Assembly (NCBI RefSeq): GCF_006345805.1
Contig: NW_021834004.1
Span: 1,026 to 65,025, forward strand
Source: Octopus sinensis
Taxonomy: Eukaryota
Length of the DNA stretch: 64,000 bases
Direction of reading: 5' to 3'
Both the position numbers and the translations under genes were made by a program. Below, piece by piece: positions 27,088-41,629 of the stretch. Position 1 is the first letter of the stretch, and every line of letters starts with the position of its first letter. The notes under the pieces were generated by a model that had not been told where the DNA came from, did not search any database, and saw only the letters and a list, made by a program, of their open reading frames with translations.

Positions 27088-29426
27088 ATAAAGATATAAA
27101 GCATGTATGTATGATGCGCATGTACAAATCAACAAAATGGAACAACCTACCATCTCCGTAAGTGTCGTGAAACGTAAACAATATCGTTTTTTTTTTTTCC
27201 AAAGATTGTCGCCGGATTCAAATCCCCTCTTTCAATTCTATCGATGATGTCCAAAGGACGGGCAGCGGCCGAGGTAACATGACACCAGTATTGTCGCAGT
27301 CACTGCCACCAGAATGCAGAATGCCAGAAATGGATACCACCACGTATCACACCTAACATTCTAACAATTCCTGCAATCTTATACCTTGGAACGCGTTTCC
27401 CCCCGCCCCTTTTTTTCCGGTTCCTACATAGGATAAAACTGAAAGTTGATCTCAGTAGGATTTAAAGTTGGGGAACAGCAAGCAGAAATCAATGCCGCAA
27501 GGCCTTCTATCCGCAAGGCAATTAGGACTCTATAGTTAACCAGCTTTCATAATATAATATTATATAATACAATATACGCCTATGTTTTTGATAGAAAGAA
27601 ATTAATTAAATTTCCTCTGCATCCAATTATAACAATTACTGTATCACACACACATCATAACATTATTATGTCAATAAACTTCTTTCAAGTCGAAATTCAA
27701 ATTATGTCCGGCATCCTACAATTCCATTGTAATCATGAAAATTTTGTCAAAATATTATTTATTTGTATGTATAACCAACCAAATTATCCGCACTTACTAC
27801 TACTACTACTACTACTACTACAACTACTACTGTTACTACTAATAGTACTACTACTACTACTACTGTTACTGCTACTGCTACTACTATCATCATCACCACC
27901 ACCAACATCATCATCATCACTACCATCATGATCAATGCATTGCTTGTAGTATATACAATTAAATGTGTATTGAAGAATTTAAATTGGAACACATAAATGT
28001 GTGCAAAATCACTATTTACCATTCAGCCAAATGAAACTACACAGATTTGTGATTTTTTTCTTTCTTTTTAATTTTTACAGTATACTGGAATATACAGTTT
28101 GTTTGAGGAGTTTATTTAGATAACAGAAGTAGTGTTAAAGAGACCAGCTAGTTTAATGACGATCTTTGTTGTATTTCTCGCTTTTGATTTTTTTATTATT
28201 TTCTTTAAAAACTGGTTGTTATTTTGGGGGTAGTGGTGACATAACCATGCTTCAAGAACATATAAATCCTCTGAAAACTGATGAAATATTTCTTTATGGT
28301 TTAGCATGACATTGAATTCAAAACCATTGCGGGGCCTCCAAGATTTGTGGTGAAAGGTACCTCGAGTGTTGCTGCAGTAGGAAGTAAGGCGTCTCCCCTC
28401 AGAATTATTGACTTGATCTGATTATTAGCAGTATAACAGACAATGTTGAAAGTATTCAACGACAAAGTAGTGCTGTTAAAACTGTACATCAGATACATTT
28501 ACCACTTAAAACTGGCAGGAGGTATTTGATTGGTTTGCGCACAGTTTCTTTCTGTTTGATTTCACATAAACGGGTTGTGTGGACCTGAGATAAAACACTT
28601 CTTAAGATACTGAAATCTCGTGCAGTGGTAACGAATCCAGAAACTGTCGATTATGAGGCAAACTTTTCGACCACACGGCTACACTTTCTTCCTCACAACT
28701 AATGCCAGCTCAAAGCTGGGCAACTTCGACTTTACGATCAGTAAAATGACTTATTACTAGTTCATTTAGTTTTGGAAGGGTAAAGCATATCACGTAATGT
28801 TAAAACGCCAATAGAATCCCACTTACTACCGTGAAACTGAACTTTGACGAACCACCTGAACTCGAATCAGCCGCAATATATTGAGCGGGTTTTTAAGTTG
28901 ATCGAGCACGGCAGATTTTCGATTCCGACTGAACAGTAACCTCACACTGAGCTTATTGAGATATTGTTGAACAGACACAAGATTTTCAGTGACCATAAAC
29001 ATATTAGAGCTTAATCTTTCAGGCATTACGAATTGTAAAGAAGGCAATCCGACGTCAAGGTCTACTGAATATCGTACACTTAAAATTTAACCTGATCAAA
29101 TATATGTTTCATGCTTCAAACAGTGTGTTTGTCCAAATCCTTATATTCAGATTTTCTCAAACTGGATCTGGCATACTCAGTCTTGCACTGACAGCGGAAA
29201 TTGGAAAAATTATGATTTGAATATTAAATATTGGCGGCCATTGTATGAAAAAGGGTTTTCGGGAACACTGCACCAGGTTTTCACAGTATACACGCTGTTC
29301 ATGATGTGAATTTTCTAGAAAGTAAAACTCGGAAAAGTATGATTTGAGTGAGATTTGTCTACTACTTCTAGCAGATCGAACAAGCACAGAGAGACATGTC
29401 CATAAGCTAAACCTTATTTATATAAG

Positions 29427-29811
29427 GGTGGAGGCGCAATGGCCCAGTGGTTGGGGCAGCGGACTCGCGGTCGTAGGATCGCGGTTTCGATTCCCAGACC
29501 GGGCATTGTGAGTGTTTATTGAGCGAAAACACCTAAAGCTCCACGTGGCTCCGGCAGGGGATGGTGGTGATCCCTGCTGTACTCTTTCACCACAACTTTC
29601 TCTCACTCTTACTTCCTGTTTCTGTTGTACCTGTATTTCAAAGGGCTGGCCTTGTCACTCTCTGTGTCACGCTGAATATCCCCGAGAACTACGTTAAGGG
29701 TACACGTGTCTGTGGAGTGCTCAGCCACTTACACGTTAATTTCACGAGCAGGCTGTTCCGTTGATTCGGATCAACCGGAACCCTCGTCGTCGTAACCGAC
29801 GGAGTGCTTCC
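29427..29811 (+). mobile_element. SINE family C, full length
   Basis: 11-bp TSD ATTTATATAAG at 29416-29426 and 29812-29822. Confidence 0.93.
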
Positions 29812-30179
29812 ATTTATATAAGACAAGCTCAGGCCCTTGGCCAATATGCAGGCTACCTCCCGTCATGAACATCTCTAACGTAACTATAATTGCCCTCTAC
29901 ATCTCGGACCTAGCTCGGCTCACACAGCCCCCACTCAGGCATTGCCAACCTATTCACCTCTTCTCCTTTTCATCAGCCTTGCTGAGTCAGCATCCCCAGG
30001 ATTCCACACCACGCATTACAATCGACAGTGAGAGTTGGCTTCTAACTGCACCGAACAATACGACGTTAGTGTGGTGCTGATGTGTGCTTCGATATTTCAG
30101 CAAAAAGGGAGAGCGCGTCTTTAGATGGGTGTATGTGTGCGATGGTTAGTAGATGCAGCGCTGTGTTTGTGCATACTTT

Positions 30180-30515
<336 letters not shown>

Positions 30516-32041
30516 TTGTACATCTCTGCAAAGGCTGCAGCCAGAAAGTAGTCACATCCTTCTTTGTCGCTGAGCTGAGAATTGAGGAGACTCTTCTCAT
30601 TAACCAACAAACCAGAAATCAACAACAGAACCTGAACTGAATAGCGTGAAATAGCTTTCCCAGCTACCCACCTCCACCTAACTTTCTCATACTTACCTTT
30701 ACTCACCATACCAAGGGTTTTTCACAGCATATTTACCACACTACACAGCTTTGTATAACCGTGCCCTTGGTGAACAAAGACATTCTCAATAATCTCCTAC
30801 CTACTGCTACAAAGTGCAATTACTGATCAGTAACCTTTTCCATTCCCCTTGTATACTTCTGCATTGACTCATCATGCCCCACCATCGAATGCTGTTGTTG
30901 TTGCTGCCGCTGATACTACCTACCTTAACAAATCAAAGCCTCTAATGGAATGGGCGTACAAACCAGTACAAACAATGCCTTGGCTAGAACACGTTGATAT
31001 GACTTGCCAATAAACAACATGTTTCTTCGGACGCTTTAATTATTTTCTTTCTTATATTTGAAAAAGAGAATTTTCCCCAAAATATTATCGAAGCATTTAA
31101 CAACCTAGAAAAAGCAATACAATATCTATTCACATTGTTTGCATTCATTAAATCACCTTAACTACGTTGATTAGTTCCGCACCTGCACTGAGCAAAAGCT
31201 TTTTCAAACATTTATCTTATCGACATATGCTGCTATATTTCAAGCAACTACAATGTGTGTGTATACCATTTATATATTTGAATCTGTTTACGTATACGTA
31301 TTCTATGTATATATATATTGTATTTATGTGTGTGTGTGTGTGTGTGTTTTTGTTCATATACGTGTGTATAAATGTGTTAATTGTAATGGTTAATCAACTT
31401 ATGGAAAGCAGCACAAAGAAAAACATTTACTAATGTTGGGATTCATTTCGTAGAATAAGATTCATTGATAATATTGACAAGGACTTCAAGTCTCGCCTTT
31501 AATGGATTCTTCAGCCAATGAACCTTATATCCTTACATCAAAAACTTTTTTTTTACAAACAAAGGGTGTTTATATATTATTAATGTAAGATTTGTCAATG
31601 GTCAAAGAAAAAAATATTTATTTTGCGGTAGAATCATAGGGTGGGGGGGAGGCTCAGAATGAAAGATGCAAAAAAGGAGGAGGAGGAGGAGGAGGAGGTA
31701 GCAGGAAACGTAATGGGGAAGGTAGAGGAAGAAGTAAAGAAAGAAAACAAAGAATGATAGTTTAGTATTCGAGTGGGGGGAGGGTAGAGGGAAAAAGCCC
31801 GGTGTTTTAAGTAGTGAGGGGGGGGGGAGTAATTTAAATGTCAAAAGGCTTCAGAATATTTAATACATCCTAAGATGAGGTGGCTGACAGATGAAGGAAG
31901 TACTGTTGCACAAGAGAGTGCCATGAAAAGTGAGCATTTATTCAATACACATATATGCAAACGCTCACACACTTACACCAAACATACACACACAAACACA
32001 TGCACACACGGACGTACATTTATGTGTGTAAGTATTGTAGG

Positions 32042-32095
<54 letters not shown>

Positions 32096-32323
32096 TGTGT
32101 GTGCGTGTGTGTATGTACGTGCCGGCATAAATACAAATACAGATACACATATTCCGTAAAAATATATATATAAAAGGAAGGTATGAAAAAATTATGATAA
32201 AAATAAGACATGATAAAAAATGGAAAATATGCGATAAGCGATTTCAACTTGGGTAAAACACGAACAAAGATCTCAGTGTAAACGCCTGTAACCATAACAG
32301 CGTAGATACACACACACACATAC

Positions 32324-32359
<36 letters not shown>

Positions 32360-32507
32360 ATACATACATACATACCGTACATACATAATTGTACATACAT
32401 GCAATGTATACGTATAAATATATATATAGAATATATATATATATATATAATATATATACATACATATATATTATACATATATATATATACATATATATAT
32501 ATATACA

Positions 32508-32551
<44 letters not shown>

Positions 32552-32552
32552 C

Positions 32553-32596
<44 letters not shown>

Positions 32597-32604
32597 TTAT
32601 ATAT

Positions 32605-32711
32605 AGAAGGAGCTTCTACAGGACTAGAACTGTTCATTCAAGAGAAATCTTCAGGAGCTTCCTGAAGATTTCTCTTGAATGAAACAGTTCTAGTCCTGTA
32701 GAGCGCCTTCT
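32605..32711. repeat. ~107-bp near-perfect palindrome inside (TA)n
   Basis: AGAAGG..CTACAGGACTAGAACTGTT..CAAGAGAAATCTTCAGGA and its reverse complement around a GCT centre. Confidence 0.9.
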
Positions 32712-32814
32712 ATATAATAATTAATTTTACTCTGCTATGTATTGGAGTACCTTATTTACTGTGTTAACCCCGAATCAACCCGGGACCTACATTATATATA
32801 TATATATATATATC

Positions 32815-32847
<33 letters not shown>

Positions 32848-32865
32848 TATATCTAATATATATAT

Positions 32866-32925
<60 letters not shown>

Positions 32926-33059
32926 CATACATGCATACATATATATACATATACATATAAATATGTATACTTAAACATACAGAAATATATACAATACGTA
33001 TATACACTCATATAACAATATATGTACACACATACACAATAATACACGTACATATATAT

Positions 33060-33265
33060 ATTTCTTTACTGCCCACAAGGGGCTAAACATAGAGGGGACA
33101 AACAAGGACAGACGAAGGGATTGAGTCGATTATATCGCCCCCAGTGCGAAACTGGTACTTAATTTATCGACCCCGAAAGGATGAAAGGCAAAGATGACCT
33201 CGGCGGAATTTGAACTCAGAACATAACGACAGACGCGCTAACGTGTCTGCCAGCTCGCCGCCTTT
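33060..33265 (-). mobile_element. SINE family B (internal deletion)
   Basis: 15-bp TSD CACGTACATATATAT at 33045-33059 and 33266-33280. Confidence 0.9.
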
Positions 33266-33339
33266 CACGTACATATATATGCCTATACACACCTGTGAAC
33301 GTATAAACGAGCTCAATCACACACATGCGCGCACATACA

Positions 33340-33378
<39 letters not shown>

Positions 33379-33720
33379 CACGCACCACAAAAGGCATGCA
33401 CATACACTCACGCACACATTGTGTGAGTTCGTATCTACGATGCTGCTCTCACGATGCGGATAGCATTGTCCCTCATCCTCATACTTCATCTCACGTTGCG
33501 ACAGTCTACACGGGTATCAACTGGGTATCAACCGAGTGCTGAGGCAACCCTCTCTTCATCAAGCTGCCACTGCCTAGATATTAAACTGGGCCCCGGCTGA
33601 TAGCTCGAGAGGGCATTTAAACCTACTCGTGACCACATAAACACCTAAACACTAAAACAACTAGAGAATATATGATCCATTCTGTCAAGTAATATTCGCT
33701 TCCAAGTGACGGCTATAGTC

Positions 33721-33783
<63 letters not shown>

Positions 33784-33991
33784 GGTGGACTAGTACTGAC
33801 TTGCTGCATGAAATCTAGAGCAAATTGACATGAACTGCCTTGCTCACACGATTTTATAATCGAAAGAGCCGCACCCACACCAAAACTCCAGGCATCTTAC
33901 GTGTGCGCGTATGCGTTTGTGTCCATATATTGTTGTGTGTACGTACGTGTATGCATGTATATGTATGTATTTGATAGACCGACAGACATAC

Positions 33992-34046
<55 letters not shown>

Positions 34047-34709
34047 TTGCTTAGTGGTCTTTCATTGATGTGAGATACACTAGTGAAAAATGAGATACAC
34101 AGACACACTATCACACACACACACACACACATACACACACACTATGATGCACACAGTATTTTCTTCTGTAAAACATTAAGACATCCCAGACACTGTAGTG
34201 AAAGAAGGAGCCAGTGTAAAATATATAGTCTCACAGCAATGATATATGCCACGATTGGTGGGAGGTAATAGCGGCAGTGTGGGGGCGAAATATCTTGCCG
34301 TCTTTGGTAACGCACTTTTACGTTCTGTGTTCAAATTCCACCAGAATCGACATCCTGCTGCGATGTAAGTAGTAAGGGTCTAGATGAAGGACAGATAACC
34401 TCGATTAAAGATCTTCCTTTTCACAAACTTATTGGCTATATTAGGAATGAATTTTTAATAATCTTTTATATCTAAATCATTGTGGACGAATAGATAGATA
34501 GACAGAGAGAGAGGGAGAGAGAGAGAGAGAGAGAGATGGATACATACATACATGCATGCAGGCATGCATACATACGTACATACATACATGCATACATACA
34601 TACATACATACATACATCTAGACACCTGGCGAATGGGGCTCGTAGTACGAGCCTCCGAAACTAATTCATATGAAATTGAGTCAAACTATGTTTAATTAAC
34701 ATCTATCTA

Positions 34710-34762
<53 letters not shown>

Positions 34763-34841
34763 CTTCTAGCAGCTGTGTTGAATGGCACTTTCTTTCGCTT
34801 GTCGACTAGCTCGTATCTGAGTGAGTGCGTGAGCGCGCGCG

Positions 34842-34892
<51 letters not shown>

Positions 34893-35045
34893 GTATATAA
34901 ACACACAAACGCGTGCATATATATGTATGCACACGCACGCACATTCTCTGTGTATGTGTATACGGTAGCCTTGGATCTCCGTCGTTCTAGCGTGGATATT
35001 CAGTTGTTCGCTCAATCATTTTACCTGCTCCTGTATTAATGTGTT

Positions 35046-35116
<71 letters not shown>

Positions 35117-35616
35117 TAGGCCTCGCACATGGTTCCAACAAGATGGGCAACTGCTCATACTGCAAGAGAAACAATGCAGTTGCTACGGCAGAGCTTTGGA
35201 GAGAGAATAATCTCCCGCTACGGCAACGTCAGCTGGCCTCCGCGTTCACCAGACCTGACTAACCTAGATTCTTTCTTGTGGGGATACCTGAAAGAGGGAG
35301 TTTTACGTCAACAAACCGGAGACCTGGGTGCAACTGAAGGAGAACATCAATAGAGAAATCAGAGAAGTGGTGTCCGAAACTCTTAAGGGTGTTATGGTGC
35401 AAGTTTTGGAAATAGTACAGGTGTGCGAAGCTGAAAATGGCTGCCATTCAAGCGATGTCATTTTTCATATGTGATGTAGTAGTGTTGCAAAATTTGAATT
35501 CTGCATATTAATTTCCATTATGTCCTTTATATTGTATCTAAATTTCATGCATTTATTTGTAAAGTTAAAGAAGTTATTAAAAATTAAAACCCAGCAGTGT
35601 CTTTTGGGACGCCCTG
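35117..35616 (+). mobile_element. Tc1/mariner DD41D (rosa-type) 3' remnant
   Basis: WFQQDG(A)TAHTARETM...ISRYGNVSWPPRSPDLTNLD: 41 residues between the second and third D after correcting a 1-bp deletion; TIR end ...TTTTGGGACGCCCTG|TA. Confidence 0.85.
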
Positions 35617-35618
35617 TA

Positions 35619-35885
35619 TATGATGCAAATAAGAAGACAAAGAAAGAGTTTAATAGATGTTTAGCAATAAGTTACAATCGCTTCTGTGCCAACTCTGGTT
35701 ACAAAGTAAGACCTTTGATGCAGTCTGAGGTATTGCCACTCTAATGTTTACGACCACAAATATTACGTAAATTTTCGCTTAGAACTTTTGCGTGAACTGG
35801 TGTTGTAAGGAGAGTTGGTACAGAAACTATTGTAACTGATCTTTAAAGACGTGTTAAAGTCTTTCTTTGTCTTATTTGCATTATA
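35619..35885. repeat. Fold-back element, ~85-bp imperfect inverted arms
   Basis: ATGCAAATAAG..ACAAAGAAAGA.TTTAA...AGTTACAAT.G.TTCTGT.CCAACTCT and its reverse complement at the right end. Confidence 0.8.
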
Positions 35886-36215
35886 TGTCACTCTTCGCTA
35901 AACTCATACAACGGTTTTACCGCTTGGAATATAACATTCTAAATAGCCCAGAGCTCGGGATGAGTGCTAAATTGGAAAATAAAAACAGATTTAAGGGTCA
36001 CCTGGCACTACTACAATTGTTTACTTAGGAAGCATAGCACAGTTGGGTATGCAGTATGCACAACATCCATGCGATAATATGTTACAGATCTCTCAACTAA
36101 TCAGGTTAACCAAACAAACAAGCGTGTAATAACATGTTGGTTAATCAAAAGCTCATCAACAAAAAAATTAAGAAAAATTACTTACACTTGTATCAAATAC
36201 CTTCTAATTCAATCA

Positions 36216-36790
36216 TAATGATGATGATGGATGTCCGCTCGTGACTGAGGATTACCATCACTGACCATTATGAACACTAGAACACTGTGCACTCAGACAA
36301 CCCTTGTTGCATCGCTGGTGACTAATAAGCCTACAGCTTGATATTTAGGTACTGTAGACGAATCTTCTGCGGTTCTCTAAAACAGGCAGTGCGTTTTCCA
36401 GCAACTCGCTTCAGTTTTGCATGCAAAATGTGTGTGATTCTTCAGAAATATCTGCTTCCCCCTTTACTTGTTTCTTCCATTGGTGACGGTGACAAACATT
36501 GCTTTCCCAACCTTCCATATCTCGTACACCTTCAGCAAGGGCTTTATACAATCCTTAAATGTTAGTCTTGTTTTCTGCTAGGAGAGCTTTCCACAAACAT
36601 GTTTACCAAATAACTTAGGACCCTCTCGTCATTCATCTAAACCAGATGTCCAGTCCAACGTAAACATTGCTTGTGCACCATTGGCTCAGTGCTCAGGATG
36701 TCAGCCCTCCTTGAGACACAATGTCTCGAGTCCGCAAGGACCAGCCCTCATTCAGAGTGTCAGACATCTCTGACGGTAGCATTCAAGGAC
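36216..36790 (-). mobile_element. RTE-clade LINE 3' remnant
   Basis: Minus strand LRRADI.S...QCLRWTGHLV.M.DER...RL.FKDCIK; (ATC)n tail. Confidence 0.75.
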
Positions 36791-36955
36791 CGTTAACATG
36801 ATGGAGAATATACACACATAAATACATAGATCATACATACATGATTGCATACATAGATCATACATACATATATACATACATACATACATACATACATACA
36901 TACATACATACATGCATGCATGCATACATACATACTACATACATACATACATACA

Positions 36956-36986
<31 letters not shown>

Positions 36987-37064
36987 GTTAGATTGGAACC
37001 AAAGTTCCCGCACAACTTTTTATATACGTTTACTTATTGATTGATTTATATATAAGTAAACTCA

Positions 37065-38023
37065 TGAGTCAGGAGAGCTGACAGGTGCATTGTCCTCGTG
37101 AAGAATCAAATTCTTCGATCTCCAGAGATCTCTTTCGTGGAATATCCTCCCTCAAACACTTCAAAACGTCGCAGTAGGACTCTCGATTGACGGTTTGGCC
37201 CTGAAGGACGAATTCTCGATACTGCGGATGTCGAAAAAAACGATGAACATGTTCTTGATTAAGCTGCGGCTCTATCATGCCTTCTTCGGTTGGGGATGAA
37301 AGTCTTTTTCATTGTGATAATTGCTGCTTCGTCTCGGGGTCCTACCCGTCACTGGTGATGATCCTCGACATGAAGAATGGGTCATCAGCGACACGCTGAC
37401 GGAGATTTTGACAGACTTCGATACAATGTTATTTCTGCTCAGTTGCCAGCAGACGGAGATCAAACTTGGCAGAGAGACGCCGCATGTTCAATTCAGACGT
37501 TAGGATTCCCTGCACGGACCCAATACGAGAGACCAACGACTTCAGCAGTGTCACTGATTGTCCTCCATCTATCTTCATGCACAAGCTGATGAGTTTACTC
37601 CATGTTTCCAAGGGTGACGCACGTGGCAGGTCTTCCAGATCCATCATCGTCTTCCAGGGACTTTCTTCCGCTTTCGAAGGTCCCGTGCCACTCGAAACAT
37701 TGCGTACGACCCATTACCTTGTCGCCATTTAACGAAGCATGCTCAATGTCTCTGTAGCTGACTTCCAAAGTTTAACGCATAATTTCACGTTGGCTCTTTG
37801 TTCCAACTTTCTGTCCATGACAAAATCGCAGACTACAGCGTACTTGTGATTGCGAAAACACAAATTTCACAATTTGCGAAGTACTAAACACAGCAATGTC
37901 ACTCGGCATACTGCCTCATGAAGGTCACTGCTAGTTCTCACTGCGCACGCAGCTATGTACTGCTATATGTTGGGGGGGGGGGGCACTACAGAACTAGTCC
38001 AAGAACATTTTAATACCACCTTG
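37065..38023 (-). mobile_element. mariner (DD34D-type) transposon remnant
   Basis: LEDLPR.., LNMRRLSAKF..RLL.TEQK, IITGD...DPETKQQ, FFD...EFV.QGQTVN...YC.VL..LRE; TIR end ...TTTTAATACCACCTTG|TA. Confidence 0.85.
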
Positions 38024-38662
38024 TATAATAAAATATACTAATTAACTCGCGTAGCCCTGCACTAAGATGCAAATTAGAGAGGTCACTGAAGATTTGTTTG
38101 TGCACAGAGTAAATTAATATAAATCTTATTCGATCTTTTCTAAAGCTCTGATAAGTGTTAAATTAGTTATATTGATTATACATTTTTTTCTTTCAAGACA
38201 CAGAGAGAAACAGCTGTTATATAAACACACTGATTACTTTTCTCGGTGAGGCTCAGTTGTGGATTCACACAAAATCAGACGCTCGTAAGCTTTGCTAGAT
38301 TTCAAATTATCATTAAAACATGCTACCTAGTGTACCTGTTCATATACATACGTATGTATGTATACACACGCGCATACATAAGTACATCCATACATTCACA
38401 CACATACATATATACATACATACATATATACATATATATACGTAAATATATACATGCCTATATACATATATATATATATATATACATGTGTGTATATATA
38501 TATACGTTTATTTGTGGTGTCCTGTACTCATATATATATATATATGCATGTATATATACATGTAGATGTAAGTATGTACATATATGTATGTATATATGCA
38601 TATATTTTATTTATTTATTATATTACTATATGACCGAACGCACGCGTTATTTCTCTTCCCCA

Positions 38663-38705
<43 letters not shown>

Positions 38706-38809
38706 GTAACTTTCTAGGTGCAATCCCATGGTCATTCATGACCGAAGGGGGTCTTTACCCTTTATATGTATATATATATATATATATATTATAATATATA
38801 TATATAATA

Positions 38810-38840
<31 letters not shown>

Positions 38841-38848
38841 TATATGTA

Positions 38849-38906
<58 letters not shown>

Positions 38907-38921
38907 GTATATATATGTATA

Positions 38922-38997
<76 letters not shown>

Positions 38998-39705
38998 TGT
39001 AAGTGGTTAACGCACAAACATCCGTACATACGTATGCAGGAAGTGAGGCTTCAATGTGTGTGTGCATTTATTTGTAAATGTTTGTGAATGTGTGTATAAA
39101 TGCCTGTTCGTCGAGATTTCTAACGAAATTGCAGTTATCTACATGATCGTTGCAGCTGGTGCATATGTAGCAACATCCCTTCTCAGCTATCATCAAGTGT
39201 GCACGGGTGACATAACAGTGTTGCAGTCAGCTGTTCCACGAATAGCTGTTAACGCGCTCATGTGTATGTCTGTTTGTAAGACATATGTATACACACACAC
39301 ACACACACACACACATCGTGTATACATATAATACACATCATGTACATAATACATATTATACACACACGCAGGCACGCGCACACACACTAACACACACGCA
39401 CACACACACACTAATAACATAGACATTACATCACAAGCACGCAATGTATGACTTGCTATACATGTACGGATGTGTGTATATGTGTGTGTCTTTATGCGTG
39501 TGTGTGTGTGTGGTGTGTGTACGAATGTATGTAAGCATGTTATTATTCAGTTTATTTCTAGATTCCTTGCCAATAGAGAAAGAACCGGTTTCTAACCCAG
39601 ATCCAAGGTTCCTTCATTGCAATTTCAAGATCAGCAACAGAGTATTTTTGTTTTTATGCATGCATGTATGTATGTATGTATGTATGTATGTATGTATGTA
39701 TGTAT

Positions 39706-39816
39706 AAGTTAAGTTAAGTTAATTTTTTGGCTCAAAAAGCAAAAAGCAAGGCCATGTAGGGGGACATGGAGTTATGTACAGGGAGGGTGTTCATGCAAAG
39801 AGTTCAAGCCATTTTT
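39706..39816 (-). mobile_element. Short LINE 3'-end fragment with (AACTT)n tail inserted in (TATG)n
   Basis: AAGTTAAGTTAAGTT terminus; TATG repeats on both sides. Confidence 0.5.
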
Positions 39817-40564
39817 GTATGTATGTATGTATGTATGTATGTATGTGCAGATTTGCATGTTTTATGTATGTATTCTAAAGCATATAGTTGCATATCTAGC
39901 CACGCTCATATATATTTAAATGATAAACTTCTGGTAAGTTTACAGATTTTTACGGTTCCAGTGATGGATTGTATCTGTAATCTTCGAATTAGCTTTCTCT
40001 TTTCTGGTTTTGAGAAGCCTAATTTCTCAAGATTGGTATTTAGGCAGTGTGTTGCGTATCCCAGGGCCCCAATAATTACAGGTATAAACCTGAACTTGTA
40101 ATCTGTATAGTGTAACTGCAGATTTCTCACTAATTCAGCATAGGTGTTCTGTTTTTCACTGGACTTCAGCTTTATGTTAACATCCGCTGGGCAGCTAATT
40201 TCCACAACTGTACGCAGTTTCTCTTCTCTATCCCGAATCATTATATCAGACCTGTTGTGCTTACATTTTATTGAGGTCTTCACCGGGACATTGCACCAGT
40301 ATTCCTTTTTATCAGGAGTGGCTATGGCTTCTACCATATAGTGGGTTCTTATTTCTATGTCCTCAGGGTTATCTACATCTTGTAGATGTCCTAACTACAT
40401 CTTGTCTCATCGGTGGATAATGGCGTGATGACATTTTCGGATACCTGCTTATGATGTGGGTGATATCTTCAGTGTGAACTCCACAAAGTCTGCATCGGTT
40501 GTCACATTTTACTGCTTTTCCTGCATCTCTATCCCTTTTGTGCATCCAGTATTTATTTGGTTGA

Positions 40565-40795
40565 GGCGGCGAGCTGGCAGAAACGTTAGCGCGCCGGGCG
40601 AAATGCTTAGCGGTATTTCGTCTGCGTTACGTTTTGAGTTCAAATTCCGCCGAGGTCGACTTTGCCTTTCATCCTTTCGGGGTCGATAAATTAAGTACCA
40701 GTTGCGCACTGGGGTCGATGTAATCGACTTAATACCTATGTCTGTCCTTGTTTGTCCCCTCTGTGTTTAGCCCCTTGTGGGTAATAAAGAAATAG
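40565..40795 (+). mobile_element. SINE family B, full length, nested in the R4-type LINE
   Basis: 16-bp TSD GTATTTATTTGGTTGA at 40549-40564 and 40796-40811. Confidence 0.94.
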
Positions 40796-41178
40796 GTATT
40801 TATTTGGTTGATATTTCCTGTTCCTGATTGCAAACGCTTACCCTTTAGAGTGGGAGTTGGCTATTGGTCCATGATGGACTGCTTTCATGATCGATGTTAC
40901 TCTCATTTCAGAGCTTTCTACTAACATATCCATGCATAGTCTTCTCCTCATACAGGTTCATCCTTTCATCTGATGATACATTGCGGCAGAGCCGTGCGAC
41001 TTCTTTGGGCCTGTATTCTAGGTTATCAGACAAAGAGTGTTACTCAAGGAGCTGCCTTCCAAGTCTCATGTATGTATGTATGTATGTATGTATGTATGTA
41101 TGTATGTATGTATGTATGTATGTATGTATGTATGTATGTATGTGTGTGTGTGTGTTGATATATGTGTGTCGTTGTCGT

Positions 41179-41518
41179 GGCACTCTGTCGGTTACGGCGA
41201 CGAGGGTTCCAGTTGATCCGATCAACGGAACAGCATGTGGCTGAGCACTCCACAGACATGTGTTCCTTAACGTAGTTGTCGGGGAGATTCAGCGTGACAC
41301 AGAGTGTGACAAGACCGGCCATTTGAAATACAAGTACAACACAAACAGGAAGAAAGAGTGAGAGAAAGTTGTTTTGAAAGAGTACCACCACTGTTGGAGC
41401 CACTTGGAACTTTAGGTGTTTTTGCTCAATAAACACTCACAATTCCCGATCTGGGAATCGAAACCGCGATCCTACGATCGCGAGTCCATTGCCCTAACCA
41501 CTGGCCATTGCGCCTTCA
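41179..41518 (-). mobile_element. SINE family C (diverged)
   Basis: Same head and tail as the 18845 copy, with deletions. Confidence 0.85.
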
Positions 41519-41522
41519 TGTA

Positions 41523-41584
<62 letters not shown>

Positions 41585-41629
41585 TATATATATATATTAT
41601 TATATATATATATATATATATATAATAAT

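Larger units (their letters stand above)
39535..41067 (-). mobile_element. R4-type LINE (CCHC plus restriction-like endonuclease), 5'-truncated, interrupted by a SINE-B and a short LINE tail
   Basis: K.MHG, QEQEISTK, CRLCGVHTEDITHIIS, HNR.DIMI.D...VVEISCPADVN...K..EK...Y...FIPVIIGALG; probable 3' end ...AAATAAACTGAATAATAA near 39540 (3' limit less certain). Confidence 0.85.
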
